A DNA stretch of 57,129 nucleotides from Halocafeteria seosinensis (Eukaryota). The position numbers and the translations under genes are program-made. Below, piece by piece: positions 13,114 to 25,742 of the stretch; the first letter of the stretch is position 1; each line of letters begins with the position of its first letter. The notes under the pieces were generated by a model, which worked only from the letters and a program-made list of their open reading frames with translations, searched no databases and was not told the origin of the DNA. The DNA is taken from positions 1 through 57,129 of the forward strand of contig LVLI01000197.1 in assembly GCA_001687465.1 (NCBI GenBank), written 5' to 3'.

Positions 13114-13580
13114 GCACATGCGTATTTCCTCGAAATCACGGCTTCTGCTGCGTATTCGTACTTTTTCCTCCGAACGATGACGTATATCCACATTGCCCGG
13201 GGCGCTGGAGCATGGTGTAGACGTCTCGTAGAACACTCTCTGGCTCACTTCCTCCCGTTATCGGAATCGTTTGATGACTCCATGCTTCTCCAGAAGCCGT
13301 CGTCGTCGTTGTCATCGTGTCTGCAGCAGCCGTCACAGCTGCAGACGTAACCGTGCCGGTACTCGCCGTCGACATTATTCTCTGCGCTCGTGGGGACCAA
13401 CTTCTCCATCAATCCTGCGGCTTTTACCACATGTGAAGATCGTAATGGCGCGCTGACTCACCCTTCGGAGTACTATCCCACGGGGTATGAAGCGATATAT
13501 CACCATGTTTTGGGTTGTTTGATTTGCTCCGCGTCCTCTTTAACGTCCAACGGGGACGCATACGTGGCTTGTGGAAGAGA

Positions 13581-15654
13581 ATGGGACGCCGGCGCCGCCG
13601 CTGCACCACGACTTCAGCAGCAGGCTCACAGAGCGCTAAGCCTGATGTGGATGCCGCTGCAGCCTCTCTTTTATCAATTCGTGCCGATGACGCGCCAACA
13701 TCATCGATAACGGAACGTGCTGGTCGGAATTCCTCGAAAAAACGCTCTCGTGGAGCGAAAACTACCAGCAGAACAGCTACGAAACGCTCTGGCAAAGTGC
13801 TTTCTCCGTCCACAAGTGTTCAGGCTGAAGGAGGCTACCGAGCTCCTACAAGGGCCCGTGGTGGTCCATCAAGAAAGCCAAAGGACTCGGATAGCACTGG
13901 CCAAGAGACATCGATTGTAAGTTGAGTGAGCGTGGAGATTGTTTCTGCTCGGTTGTGGCCAGCTGCGGGTGCAACTTGCTGTTTTGGCGCCTCAACTTTG
14001 CATCAAGAAAGAGAAATAATATGGCGTCAATGTTTCAAAATTCAAGTTGCCGTGCTTATACACCGGATACTTCTATCAGTGTTGCTTTCTGGAAGTGGAG
14101 CCCCACTCTTGTATTTACGCCTTGTTAATACGACGTACCGCTTTTCTGCAGGAATGGACAACCCAAGACGAAAGAGCACTCAGAAGAGGAGTCGCTGCTC
14201 TAGGCAAGGAGAATCAGTGGGATAAAATAGCATCGGATTATCTGGATGGTAGATTCACTTCCGACGAATGCTTGCAGCGATTTCAGTCCATTTCTGCTCC
14301 AGGTGCGTCACCGCTATTTTTCATGATCCCATCCTTCGGAAGCGTTAACGATGATCAGGGCATGTTGCAGGAGGAGTAAAAGGTTCATGGACAGAAGATG
14401 AAGACGATACAATCACCCGAGAAGTCCAAGCTTCTGGAAGGTACGCTTGTTGATGCTCTGTGGGAAGTTGTAGTGACCCTAAAAACCACTCGCCAATCAT
14501 GCAATTTGCAGAACTGTTCCACCTTGGGCTCAGATAGCATTATTACTCCCAGGGAGGACAGGGAAGCAATGCCGTGAACGATGGTGGGTACATATCCATT
14601 AGCTGTTCTTTGTTTCGGCGTTGTATCAAATTGGTTGTACACATGCTTCCTTCAGGGTCAATCACCTGAATCCAGACTTGAAACGGACCCCCTTTTCAGA
14701 AGAAGAGGATGAACTTTTGTATTATCTGCACGGCGAACTTGGTATGCTTTATTTTTTCGGAAATTCAAGTATTCTGCTGCGAATTTAACGACTTGTCATT
14801 TCTTTGTCACAGGCAATAAATGGGCTGTTATCGCTCAATATTTACCAGGACGAAGCGACAATGCGGTCAAAAATAGATGGTACAGCCAATTCGTTACTGA
14901 CACGAGCAAAATCGCGAAAACACTTGCAGCCCTCAGGAAGAAAGGAAAGCGGAAAACCAAAGGTAAATCTTGTAAAGACTTGGGGATGGCTACCAGCTGC
15001 CCAAGGGATCCAAAGAAGCGAATACGAAGCAAAAGTACAGAGAAAAGAGCTACAAAGCGGGCTCGAAGTAGCCTCTCAACAACAGACGCAGGCGGAGGAA
15101 ATAAAGAGAGCGTAACAGAAAACCCGAAAAGAATTTCACGTTCGAATCGAGCAGCTTGTAAAGCGGATACAGTTTCAGACAATGGAGAACTGCCCTCCAC
15201 GGTTGCCGCTGCTGAAGTCGTAGCAGGAATGGCAATGTCAGAGCGCACCATGACGTGTACGTCTCAAAGTTGCACAGCCAGCATCAGCCATTCTGAAGAT
15301 ATCAGTACTGGCCCAGAGCCAACGTGGGACAAAATTAACAAGAGCCCCGTAAAACAGTCATTAGGAGTACCCCAAGCAGGTAGAGAAGAGAAACTCGCAC
15401 CTTGCACAGACGTTAAGCGAGAATACGTCGGTCGCGCTCCTGCTACGCGTACAGATACCTCAATTCCTTCTGAAGTTATGGATTACATGACACCCTTGAT
15501 GTTAGCGTTGACGGACCCACACTACAGCAACCACCCGCAAACATCAGACATGCACTGCTTAGGAGTCTTCAGTCACTCGCAAGGGAATCCTGATGGCTTA
15601 CACGCAAACAATGGGTCTAATTCGGGCCGCACAGTGCTGACCCGTGTTAACTGA
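13581..15654 (+). CDS. MYB transcription factor with three repeats (R1R2R3-type), 6 exons
   Basis: Spliced repeats WTTQDERAL..WDKIA..ECLQRF; KGSWTEDED..WAQIA.LLPGRTGKQCRERWVNHLNP; PFSEEED..GNKWAVIAQYLPGRSDNAVKNRW. Start ATG is inferred; intron 1 is 13917-14151. Confidence 0.9.
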
Positions 15655-15993
15655 GATTACACCCCGCGAAGTTGCAACTTGCAACTGTTTGGCAACTTCT
15701 TAGGCGGATGCACGTTAATTGTTAGTAATGAATATATTTTATTTAAGTACATGTATAGCTGAATGATTCAAGACTGACTCCACCTGTTCGACTACTCACT
15801 GATACTCGATATGTAACACTATCTTGGATACTTTTCTGCGGAAAACGACCTTGCGAAGAAATCGCGGTGCTATCCAGTGTAGTTATTACGCATGGATTGT
15901 CACGTACTTGTTCCTTTAGAGTGTATGTGCGTCCTTGCATTTCATCCCCCTTTCCGTTTAGAGGCAGTTCATCCAAGAATTAAGAAAAGCGAA

Positions 15994-17670
15994 ATGTCGA
16001 TGGTACATCGCTTTGCAGGGACGATTTCGGCTCATGCCTGGAATGCTGATCGCTCCAGTAAGTTAGACTCAGAGAGTATTTCGTGAAACTCCTCAAGGCA
16101 ACTGATGCCATCCATTGCAGTGCTGGCACTTTGTCCCAACAGCCCCGAGATCTGGGTGTATGGGAATTGTCATGACCCGGACCCTAAGAACTGGGAGCTA
16201 AAGTGTACCTTGAAGCAGGTTCGTGCCCTTGTGTGGCTGTCTGCGTCTGCGGCCGCGACGTTTGCTTTTTTTTGTAATTTTTCCTGCCCTTTCCTGTGTT
16301 TCTATGGGACAGCATGACCTCGTCGTAAGCAGCATAGACTGGTGCCCAGTCACTGATAAAATCGCATCGTGCTCTCATGACCGCAATGCCTTTGTATGGA
16401 CGTATGAAAAAGAGACGGATACCTGGCAGCCAACCCTGGTGGTGCTTCGAATCAATCGCGCCGCAACAGCGATAGAGTGGAGTCCTGATGGTAAGTGGTC
16501 TCTCTCTATATTTCGATTTGTTTATTTCATGCCTTGACCAACGTAATGGGCTCCTGTGAACGTTCTCCAGGGTCGAAATTCGCCGTAGCTTCGGGGGCAA
16601 AGACAGTAGCAGTATGCTATTACGACGCCACCAACAACTGGTGGGTTGCACAGAGCATCAAGAAGCATAAATCCACTGTGACAGCAGTGTCCTGGCATCC
16701 CAACTCTCAACTGATAGCAACGTGCTCCTGCGATGGAAGAATCAGAGTGTTTTCAGCCTTCCTTGAAGAAAATGAAGACGAGTATGTGGTCCTGAATCTG
16801 CTACAGAAAATGTAGCTCATATCATATTGTGTATTCGGTACTCTACAGGCCACAGGATGGTCCTTTTGGACCACAGTCAACATTTGGAGACCTCCTTATG
16901 CAGTTCGAAGACAGCCGGGTAAGTGTTTGGACGAGTACCTTACAAGAGTATTATGCTTCATGCTTATGCGGATGTATACCCTAATTACAGTCATGGATAA
17001 ACGACTTAGCATTTTCGTTCGATGGGAAGCAAGTGGCATTCGTCACCCATGGATCCGAGATTTACGTTCTAACAATTGGGCCAGAAAAAAACCCACATTT
17101 CCAATTTACACAATCTCGCACTCTGCCGCACAACACCGTGTCCTGGTTGAGCAAGAACTGCATCGTAGCTGGTGGACACGATTTCAATCCGGCGTTGTAC
17201 CTTGTTGAGCAAGATGGCAGTATCAAATTTCAAGACTTCGTGGACAAGGCAGAGAAAAAAGCTTCCCACGGGTCGAAGTCATCGTTTAGCTCAGGTACGT
17301 TCTTGAACGCTCGATACAGAAACGTCTCTCTGAAGACGAAACGTTGTGCATTTTCTATATCTTGCAGCTAGAGCCATGTTTGCATCTCGTGTCAACAAAG
17401 GCGAAGATGCACCCTCTGATAAGGATAAGCTCTCTACCAAACACGAAGCTGCGATTACCGATCTGAAATTATGGAGTGGTATGTTTGTCGTACACTATGT
17501 TTCACATGTCCTTTTTCTGAATCCCACAAGACTCCGTCCTTGTGAATACAGATAGTGGGTCCAGTAGTGTATCAACCTTTAGCACCGCTGGGTTAGACGG
17601 ACGAATAATTGTATGGAAGCTCCACGATCTTGGATTGTCCGTTGACTTTAGTGCGCTTAGTCTGAAATGA
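15994..17670 (+). CDS. ARPC1: Arp2/3 complex subunit 1 (p41-ARC, WD40), 8 exons
   Basis: HAWNADRS, ALCPN, HDLVVSSIDW, CSHDRNAFVW, WQPTLVVLRINRAAT..WSP, KFAVASGAK, WHPNSQLIA; seven canonical introns. Confidence 0.95.
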
Positions 17671-18336
17671 AGGCAATGACACACGAAGTATGTACAAACC
17701 ATCTCCTTCCAACATAAAAAAAACGGGTGATCGAAGCAGCCACTGGTCGATGTCACTGGTATACCAGCCACATGTATACATTTCGAAACCCCGCACCTCC
17801 TCGATCTTGTGAACTTGTGAGCCACGTAGAGTATCCTTGAATGACTCAACAGTGAGTCAGATCAAAGGATTGTTGACAGGCGTTAAAGAGAGACAGAATC
17901 AGCGTCTAATTTTCTTGTATCCACAACAAAGGCAAGAAAGGGGTTTTGGTGATCATTCTGAACCCTTTTCCCCACTCAAACATGCAACCAGAAGCGTACG
18001 TTTATTTGTCCCATTACCCGGGAGACCCCTACCCATTTTTGCCCCCCTGGGGATCCCCTTGGGCGGTGTCCTGCCCCTGGCCCCTTTCACGTGGCAGTGG
18101 AATTTTCATCTGATCTATTATGCACGTTTATTTTCTGACTTACGCAGATACGGTGTTCGTACTAGGTCATTTACGCGCTCTCGTGTCGCTCTGCACTCCG
18201 TGTAGGGATTTTGATGAACATTGATTTTTTGCGAAGTTCACATCCAACGGGATTCTTTCCCACCTGTATCTTCCCGAAGGAACTCAAATTTGTTCCATTT
18301 GAAGAAGGAAGAAGTTCCGAAGTTCTTTAGCTCAGG

Positions 18337-19764
18337 ATGACGCTCAAATACCGACAACTTTCGGGTGAGCACAATGAGTGTGGAGCGATCTCGAGGAAGC
18401 GCCGAAGACCATCTATCTCGAGAACTGCTGTCGACGACGGGAATTCCCGGTTTGAGTACCATGAAAACACCGGTAGCATTTTTTCCCGATGTAGAGAAAT
18501 TCGACGAGGTAATAGACGCCACAAGAAACGTCGGCGAGGCCCAATATCGGTAAGTCTGATCACATCTATGAATACTTTGCGTTTTGAAGCTGTATTTACT
18601 TCCAATGGACACGTCGTCGTCGCAGGTTGATTTCACTGCGGTGATTCCATCCCGCGCTGCTTCAAGAATTTGGGGTCTGTGGCACTCCATGCCAATGTAT
18701 GTAATTTTTTTCATTCAAATTGCAAAGCTTTGTTTTCGAGGATAGCTGCGGTTTTCCGTATTCGTGCAGTCCCACGTTTGCCAGGTCCACGCTGTATAGC
18801 CTCTGGGGTTTAGCACTGGGTTGCAACATGGAGGAAGTCGAAGCGCCTCTACACACGTACCGGTCTTTTCAAGAGTTTTTCTCCCGCAAAGTAAAGCCTG
18901 GTGTCCACAGCGTTGAGAAGGATCCGAACAGCCTTGTTAGTCCAGTGGATGGAACTGCTGTGTCTCTCTGTGAGATGAGTGCAACAGATGGCGTTCTAGA
19001 GCAGGTCAAAGTACGGTTGCTTCCTGAGGGATGATAGAGTTCCCTTCTTGTATTTCGTGCTTTTAATGCTTCCATTGCAGGGTCTCCGTTACCACGTTGA
19101 CGATTTCCTCGGTATGCACCCTACCGCTAAGCCAGGCAACAAAATCTATGCTGCTATCATTTATCTCGCTCCGGGGGATTATCATCGTTACCATTCTCCT
19201 ACCGAATGGAAAGTGACCGGAAGGACTCATTTCGCCGGACAGCTATTGCCCGTGAATAAATTTGCCGTTAACTTGCTTCCGTCTCTCTTCTGTGCAAATG
19301 AGCGTGTGTGCTGCTTTGGCGAATGGATGCATGGGTTCTTCAGTTTCACCTCAGTAGGTGCAACAAACGTTGGGTCTATGACACTCAATTTTGATAGGAA
19401 GCTTCGAACGAACCGCTGGCGAACGAAAACCAACTATGTTCATGATCGCTCTTACGAAAAGGAAGTGTTTTTGCAACGTGGCGAAGAGATTGGCAAGTTT
19501 CGATTGGGATCGACAGTCGTGCTTGTATTCGAGGCTCCATCCGACTTCCGCTGGGACGTCTCTCCCGGAGATAAGGTGAGAATGGGCCAATCACTTGGTT
19601 CTTCCATTTCTGAGGACAAAGTTCAGTTTTGCGATGAGGTGAAGTCCTTCGCATCCCAACAACCACGGGAGGTCTGGCTATCTGGTGAAGAGCATGCTAC
19701 CGACTCTGGAATGGGATCTAGTTCATGCTCTGAAGATGAGGAAGAGGATTCCAACCAAGCATAA
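18337..19764 (+). CDS. PSD1: Phosphatidylserine decarboxylase proenzyme, 4 exons
   Basis: FFSRKVKPG, SPVDG, EQVKG, YLAPGDYHRYHSP, NERV, VGATNVGS and the autocleavage motif GKFRLGSTVV. N-terminal exon is inferred from splice sites. Confidence 0.92.
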
Positions 19765-20007
19765 TATTCGAGTTGCACTTCGATGCCTGTATCTCTTGTA
19801 GAGTAGGCAAGCAGTGCCGACATGAAATACACACAATTATCGAGTTTGAATTTCGTATTGCGCAATGCTCACCGACGCGCTTCACAGATCCGGGCAAAGA
19901 ACGCATCGAATGCACTTTGATCAGTCAGTCTAACGCGGTTTGTCCTTCCGTCTCGGACACCAACTCACATATTCACGAAGTATGCAGCACAATGTAACCG
20001 GCTGTCG

Positions 20008-21483
20008 ATGATGTCAAAAGGTGCGTTCCACATAGCTTCTCGGTCATGCGTGGCTTGAAAGCATTGTGATTGTGGATGTCGCAGGAGGTGAAAGGACACA
20101 AACAGCTCCCAGTTTTATCGTGCTGGATGGCGGGACTGCTACTGAGCTGGAAACCCGTGGCAAACAGCTTGATTCAGCCCTTTGGAGCGCTGAAGTCATT
20201 GAAACCGACCGGGATGCATTGAAAAACGTGCATAAAGTAAGAACTTCACATGGTACCTTGACGGATTGGGTAGCTTTCTGACTTATTTTGCAGGATTTCT
20301 TCGAAAATGGGGCCGATATCGTCATTACCGCAAGCTATCAGGCCTCGCCAGAAGGGTACAAACTCAGGGGATGTGACTACGCACACTTTCGGAACATGGT
20401 CAAAGCCTCCGTGGAAATCGCCAAGCAAGCGAAACTGGAAGCCGAAGTAGTTCCAGAGAAACAAGCCTTCGGCATGACCAAAGAAGATCGACTTGTAAGT
20501 GGATATATGCACTGTAGCTAGTTACTTGCATGACTCGTTCATGATCCATTGTTCAGATTGCTGGAAGCGTTGGCCCTTTCGGAGCGTGCCTTGGCGATGG
20601 AAGCGAGTATCGCGGAAACTATACTACTCGTATCGGTGACGAAGGAGGCGTGGAGGATGTGCTCTCGATATCGTCACACTCGATTTCAAAGTTAAACTGG
20701 GATAGGGAATCACTGTCTACGCAGGACGCTGTCTGCAAGAGCCCCTCCTTGGAGAAGCCGAGTGACGCTGCACTCCAAGTGGAGGATCTTATGTATTTTC
20801 ACATACCGAGAATGGATGCTCTAACTGAAGCTTCTTGTGATTTACTGGCAATCGAAACAATACCATGCGTAAAAGAAATTGCAGCAATATGCGCGCTTCT
20901 GAGTCGACGTTATGCTCGAATACCTGCATGGGTATCTTTCTCGTGCCAGGACGGATCGAGGCTCAACTCTGGTGAGTTACTCTCTCGTGCCATTGAAATT
21001 GTAGATCGCCTTGCGGGAAATCAAGTCGTGGCTATCGGATGTAATTGTGTGTCCCCTCATCATGTCAATGCGACATTGGAAACGATCGGCCGCATGGAGT
21101 GCTCAAGCAAAACTTCTAGCGAAACGATAGAAACTGGTGGGAATCCCCTCTGCGTCGCAGCATTAAGAGACGTATGTAGACGGATTAAAAATGGGGAATT
21201 CGAGGATTGCTCCTACAAAGCTGGGACCTTGCCATCGGTTATGTATCCTAATGTCTTCTCGAGATACACGAGGAATTGTGTCGTATACCCAAACAGCGGG
21301 GAACTATGGGATGGTGGCTCAAAGGAATGGTTAAACTATCCCCGGAACACACCTAGCGTTGAGGACTATGCTCTTTATGCAGAACAATGGCAAAAATTGG
21401 GTGGAAGAATCATTGGTGGATGTTGTAGAACTTCGCCCCGGCACATTCGAGCGGTTTCTCGTGTTGCAAGCAGAATTGGATGA
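20008..21483 (+). CDS. HMT: Homocysteine S-methyltransferase (HMT/MmuM family), 4 exons
   Basis: LDGGTATELE, LWSA, GADIVITASYQAS, AGSVGPFGA.L.DGSEYRGNY, LAIETIP, GCNC, VVYPNSGE.WD, IIGGCCRTSP.HI (Zn-binding Cys). Confidence 0.92.
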
Positions 21484-22310
21484 ACATTCTTCTGCTTATA
21501 CTCAAAGAAATCTCCCTGCAGAAGGACGCTGGACCTGGACATGTACCCCACGAATCTAATTTGCCAACCGACTATACTATATGAAGAACTTTAACCTAGG
21601 GTAGGTATTTGATGTGTTGGCGTTAGGCTAGCCTGCTCTTGATCCTCGTAGAAAATGTTGGCGTAGTTTGTTAATGCCCTACTCGCTAAGCGGGCTCTTT
21701 GTCTCAAAGAGTCCAGTTTTGTTCCCTTTTTCTAATTCACAATCGGAGTCGATCCTACATGTATACCTTCAACCGTAGAAGTTCTGCAACTGAACTTCCT
21801 GAAGCACCAGAGTCGGAAAGACATTTCTCCCCGGGTGTATTCAACTTCAACGCTCCCGCAGTGAACCGGCCAGCCGGATTCGATACAATCGGATTGTGAG
21901 TGATTGCCCCATTTAGTCCTTGCTCAAGAAACAGCAGAGACACAGAGCAGCTTGTAAAATATCTTGCTTTCTGTCTTGTTCTCCCTTGCCTTAATTTCGG
22001 NACTTTCTAGCTGTAAAAGCTTTCCCGCCATTCGGCCGTCACTTTGTCGGCGACATTTCTTGGACGACACGCGGCTGAAAGGGTATATTCGGATTCTACG
22101 AAAATGTAAGGACAATGTGTTCCTGTTTCAAATGTGTGATATATGCTCCTGCATTGAATGCGCCTATACGCCGGTTTACTGACGGGTGAAATGACGGATG
22201 CAGGGCTCAGACCCGCGATAACAAAGCTGTAGAGCTTGTCGATGAGACTGTAAGTTTCCCGTTCCGGCCATCTTGGAAGAACCCAAACGAGAATATTTAT
22301 GTGTTGCAGG

Positions 22311-24164
22311 ACGGGATTGCAACACCGCCTACGGCGACTACTCTCGAACCAGAGCATTCGCCTGACAGCCATGTAAGCAACGGTTTTGTCCTTCTAACTT
22401 TACCTGCACCCCCACCTACTGACTGTGACCATTCCAGACATGGAATGATAAATTCTGGCTCTTCCTCTACGTCCTGCATATGGTTGTTATTGTCATCTTG
22501 TTTTTTGCACTGGGAATTCCAGCTGCATCAAAGGGTTCGTACTGGTTTTCTGAGTTGAATGCGATTCGTAAGAATAGCCCTCCAACAACTCGCGTTCTCT
22601 AATGCAGGTGGGCATGATGACACTAGCGTACATGATGATGATGATCGTACGGAAGACGTCAACATTGACGCGGATTCATTTTTTGGCACCATAGCCGCAA
22701 CTCTTGTCGTCGCTGTTTGTCTGTCTTCGATCTTCGTCTACGTGATTGGAAGTCATCCGCACTTTGCGGTCCAGTTTTCTGCAATTACTGTCATTGTAGC
22801 AACGTTTGTGGCTTTCCTGATTGTCGGAGCTGAAACTGGAAACTGGGGAACTTCCCTTTTGCTGTTCGTCATCCCATCGACGATTTTGTTGTTGTGGTAT
22901 ATGTGTGTAAGGAAGCGAATCCCATTTGCAGCCTCTGTCCTCTCAGTTGCATGCGACGTACTTTCCGCTAATCGAAAACTGTACGCTCTTGCGTTCCTCG
23001 GAATCATTAGTTGGACCACATCGTTCTTTATAACTGTTTTTGCATACGGTGGACTTCGGGAAAAGGTCGACCACGCTGGAATTGGAGTACCTTTCTTCTT
23101 CTCCTTCGTCTGGACGACAGGAGTGGTCGCCAATGTAGTTCATACAACGATTGCTGGAGTAGTGGGTAGCTGGTGGGCCATCGCCAACCCAGTGGATCCC
23201 GTCTGGAAATCTCTCAAACGCTCATGCTCGACGAGTTTTGGAAGTATATGTTTCGTGTCATTTCTCTTGGCGTTGATAAGGGTGGCCCGCGTGCTTTGCG
23301 CCGCTGCGGCTGACAACAACCATTCGGCAATGGGCCGCGGCTTTCTGAACTGCTGCTCCTGTTTAGGCAGGTGGATTCGGGTATGTTGACTGTTTACTGT
23401 TAAGAAGAATGATATTGTTGAAGCAAAGCTCCATGCAGGACTTATTCCAATACTTTAGTGACTATGCTTTGGTACATGTCGCTCTCTACGGCAAACCGTT
23501 TATTCCTGCTGCCAAGGATACCTGGAAAATGTTCAAGGTACGTGATCAGGTTGCTTCACTTACCCCAATGGGGTTAATTACTCTTCTCTTCTCAGAGTCG
23601 CGGATGGAAAACGATCATCAATGACAGTTTGGTCACTGTGACGCTGATCTTCGGGAGCTTTGCAGTCGGCTTGCTCAGTATGGGAATTGGTGTCGGTATT
23701 GGTGCCACAAATGCTCCGAAAGATGGTAGAACCGAATACCTTATCTTGGTTGGAGTAATCTCGTTTCTTGTCGGTGCCTTGCTGTGCCAGATTTTAAGCA
23801 CAGTTATCTCGGCAGCTGTGAAATGCGTCTTTGTTTGCTTTGGCGAGTGTCCGGTAAGCCATTTCTCGGCCAATCGAGTGAATGACCAGCTGGCCACATA
23901 TGCCTTTTTTTGTTTGCATTTTGCTATGCAGGAGGGGTTACGATTGACTCACCCCAATAGTTTTGCCACTCTCCTTCGAGGATACGTCTCCTCTTATCCC
24001 GCTGTACGTTTTTCGCTCCGTCATCTAAATATAGTTTCCGCTTCTTCTTAGCATCTCTTGCTCCTACGCAGGATATGGAGGCCAGCGGATACACTGAAAA
24101 ATACAGGAGCTATTTAAGCTCAGAGGAGCATCCCACTTCACGAGCAAGTGCTCCGTTTATGTAA
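22311..24164 (+). CDS. Choline transporter-like (CTL/SLC44/PNS1 family) membrane protein, multi-exon; 5' end unresolved (may extend to ~21760)
   Basis: WNDKFWLFLY, RKRIPFAA, WT..V..NVVHTTIAGVVGSWW, TSFGSICF.S, YALVHVALYGKPF..AAKDTW, IINDSLV; last exon ends ...APFM* at 24164. Confidence 0.85.
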
Positions 24165-25742
24165 CCAAAGCATCCAGTTGCTGCATTTAGGTTACTTCCA
24201 CTGGACACTGTTTTTTTCCCGTTGAACCGAATTACCACAAATGGTACAATGTACAATCGTATTGTACAACGTCACAAACAATTTAATACGTTTCACGGTC
24301 CATACTTTTCTCTGACGCATAGTTGGTTGTAGGAAAGTCAAAGACTATAGTCCTTCCTGTACGAGCGATATACCCGGTACTACCACCGTACAGCGTTGTA
24401 CGGTAGTCAAAAAAGTGAATGACTGCTGCGATGCATGTAGTTCGCGAAAGAAAAATCATCGCCATCCTCTACTTCAGTTGTTCTAAACCACCATCTCATA
24501 TTTCGGACATATTATCACGTTACGTAACTCCAATTATCCGCGGGGCTAAAATCCTATTTCCGTCACCAAATGCCACATCCAATCCAGTCTGACTCGCCAG
24601 TGCAGATAGATTCTCGAAATAATGCTTCGTCCAGTCAAGGTCGATATGGTCATCGGATTTCCGAAGCTACGCTGTAAGCAGTCAGACTTTAATGAGAGAC
24701 CAGCTCTTGTTCGGAATTCGTCATTGTTTCACCCTCATCCGAAGCGACCGCAGGTCACTTCCATGTACTGTACTGCTGTGTGTATATGTATGTTCTCTTT
24801 CTCGAACGGGGGACATGTTGTCGAGCACAACGTTAAGGATCCCACAACAGTTCGTACCTCCAACAGCCAACAATTAAATGGCTTCATGGGGGGTAATACC
24901 GGTGACGGCGAACTCATGGCTAACTTCCAGGCCTCTCAAGCTGTTCAAAATGGTTCTCTCTACCACGCTGGTTTAAATATTTGCGAAAGGGGTGCAACCG
25001 ATCACCCGGGCTCCGGGGAAATTGCCTCTGGCAATGCATTATGCTGGCACTGGCGTGATTATTTTTCTAAACCATTGAACTGTGTTTCGTGCACACGTTT
25101 TTTGCCCATACATATACCGTGTGACTCAAGTTGTGAGTGATACTCGTGCCGACACCCAGGAATTTACTGCGCTGAATGACACATAAACAGAGAGAGCAGT
25201 ACGTGAATAACCGTATAATGACTATTGTTTCGGTTGTACAAGTTGAGTAGATTATTGCAAATGGAACAGAATTCTTCATCATTCCCAGACAACCGCGGGA
25301 TTTGAACATTTTCAGTTTCACAGGTGATGAAGCTACCACTGTACAATACAATACGTACAATAGGGAACCGTGGCCCATATGCAAACCAAATCTCGAACTA
25401 GGTAAGGTTTTCTATAAGTCGTATGGTAATTGACCTAGAACCATTTCCGAATTACATTCACGAATTACTTCATCCTGAGGTTGAAGTGTCTGCGAATCCC
25501 ATGCGACTGGGCGTCCGGACCCCAGGGTAAGGCATTTTCAATTCATGGCGGCAATACAGGGTTGTTTGTGGAGTAGAGGGTAGCAACCCGGTCTCAAAGA
25601 CAATTAGTTGTCTTAGTAGAGTCATCCCGCATGGTGGTAGTCTATAGTAGAGAGGGTGGAAAGACCATAAAGACTGAAGCCGTACTGCACTGACCTTCTT
25701 GAGCTGTATGCAGTGAAACAAAGCCATTATACACTATTTAGC

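Noticed and set aside
22001..22001. Single N base
   Set aside because: An assembly ambiguity or join rather than biology; it makes the CTL 5' end and ORFs at 21.7-22.3 kb uncertain.
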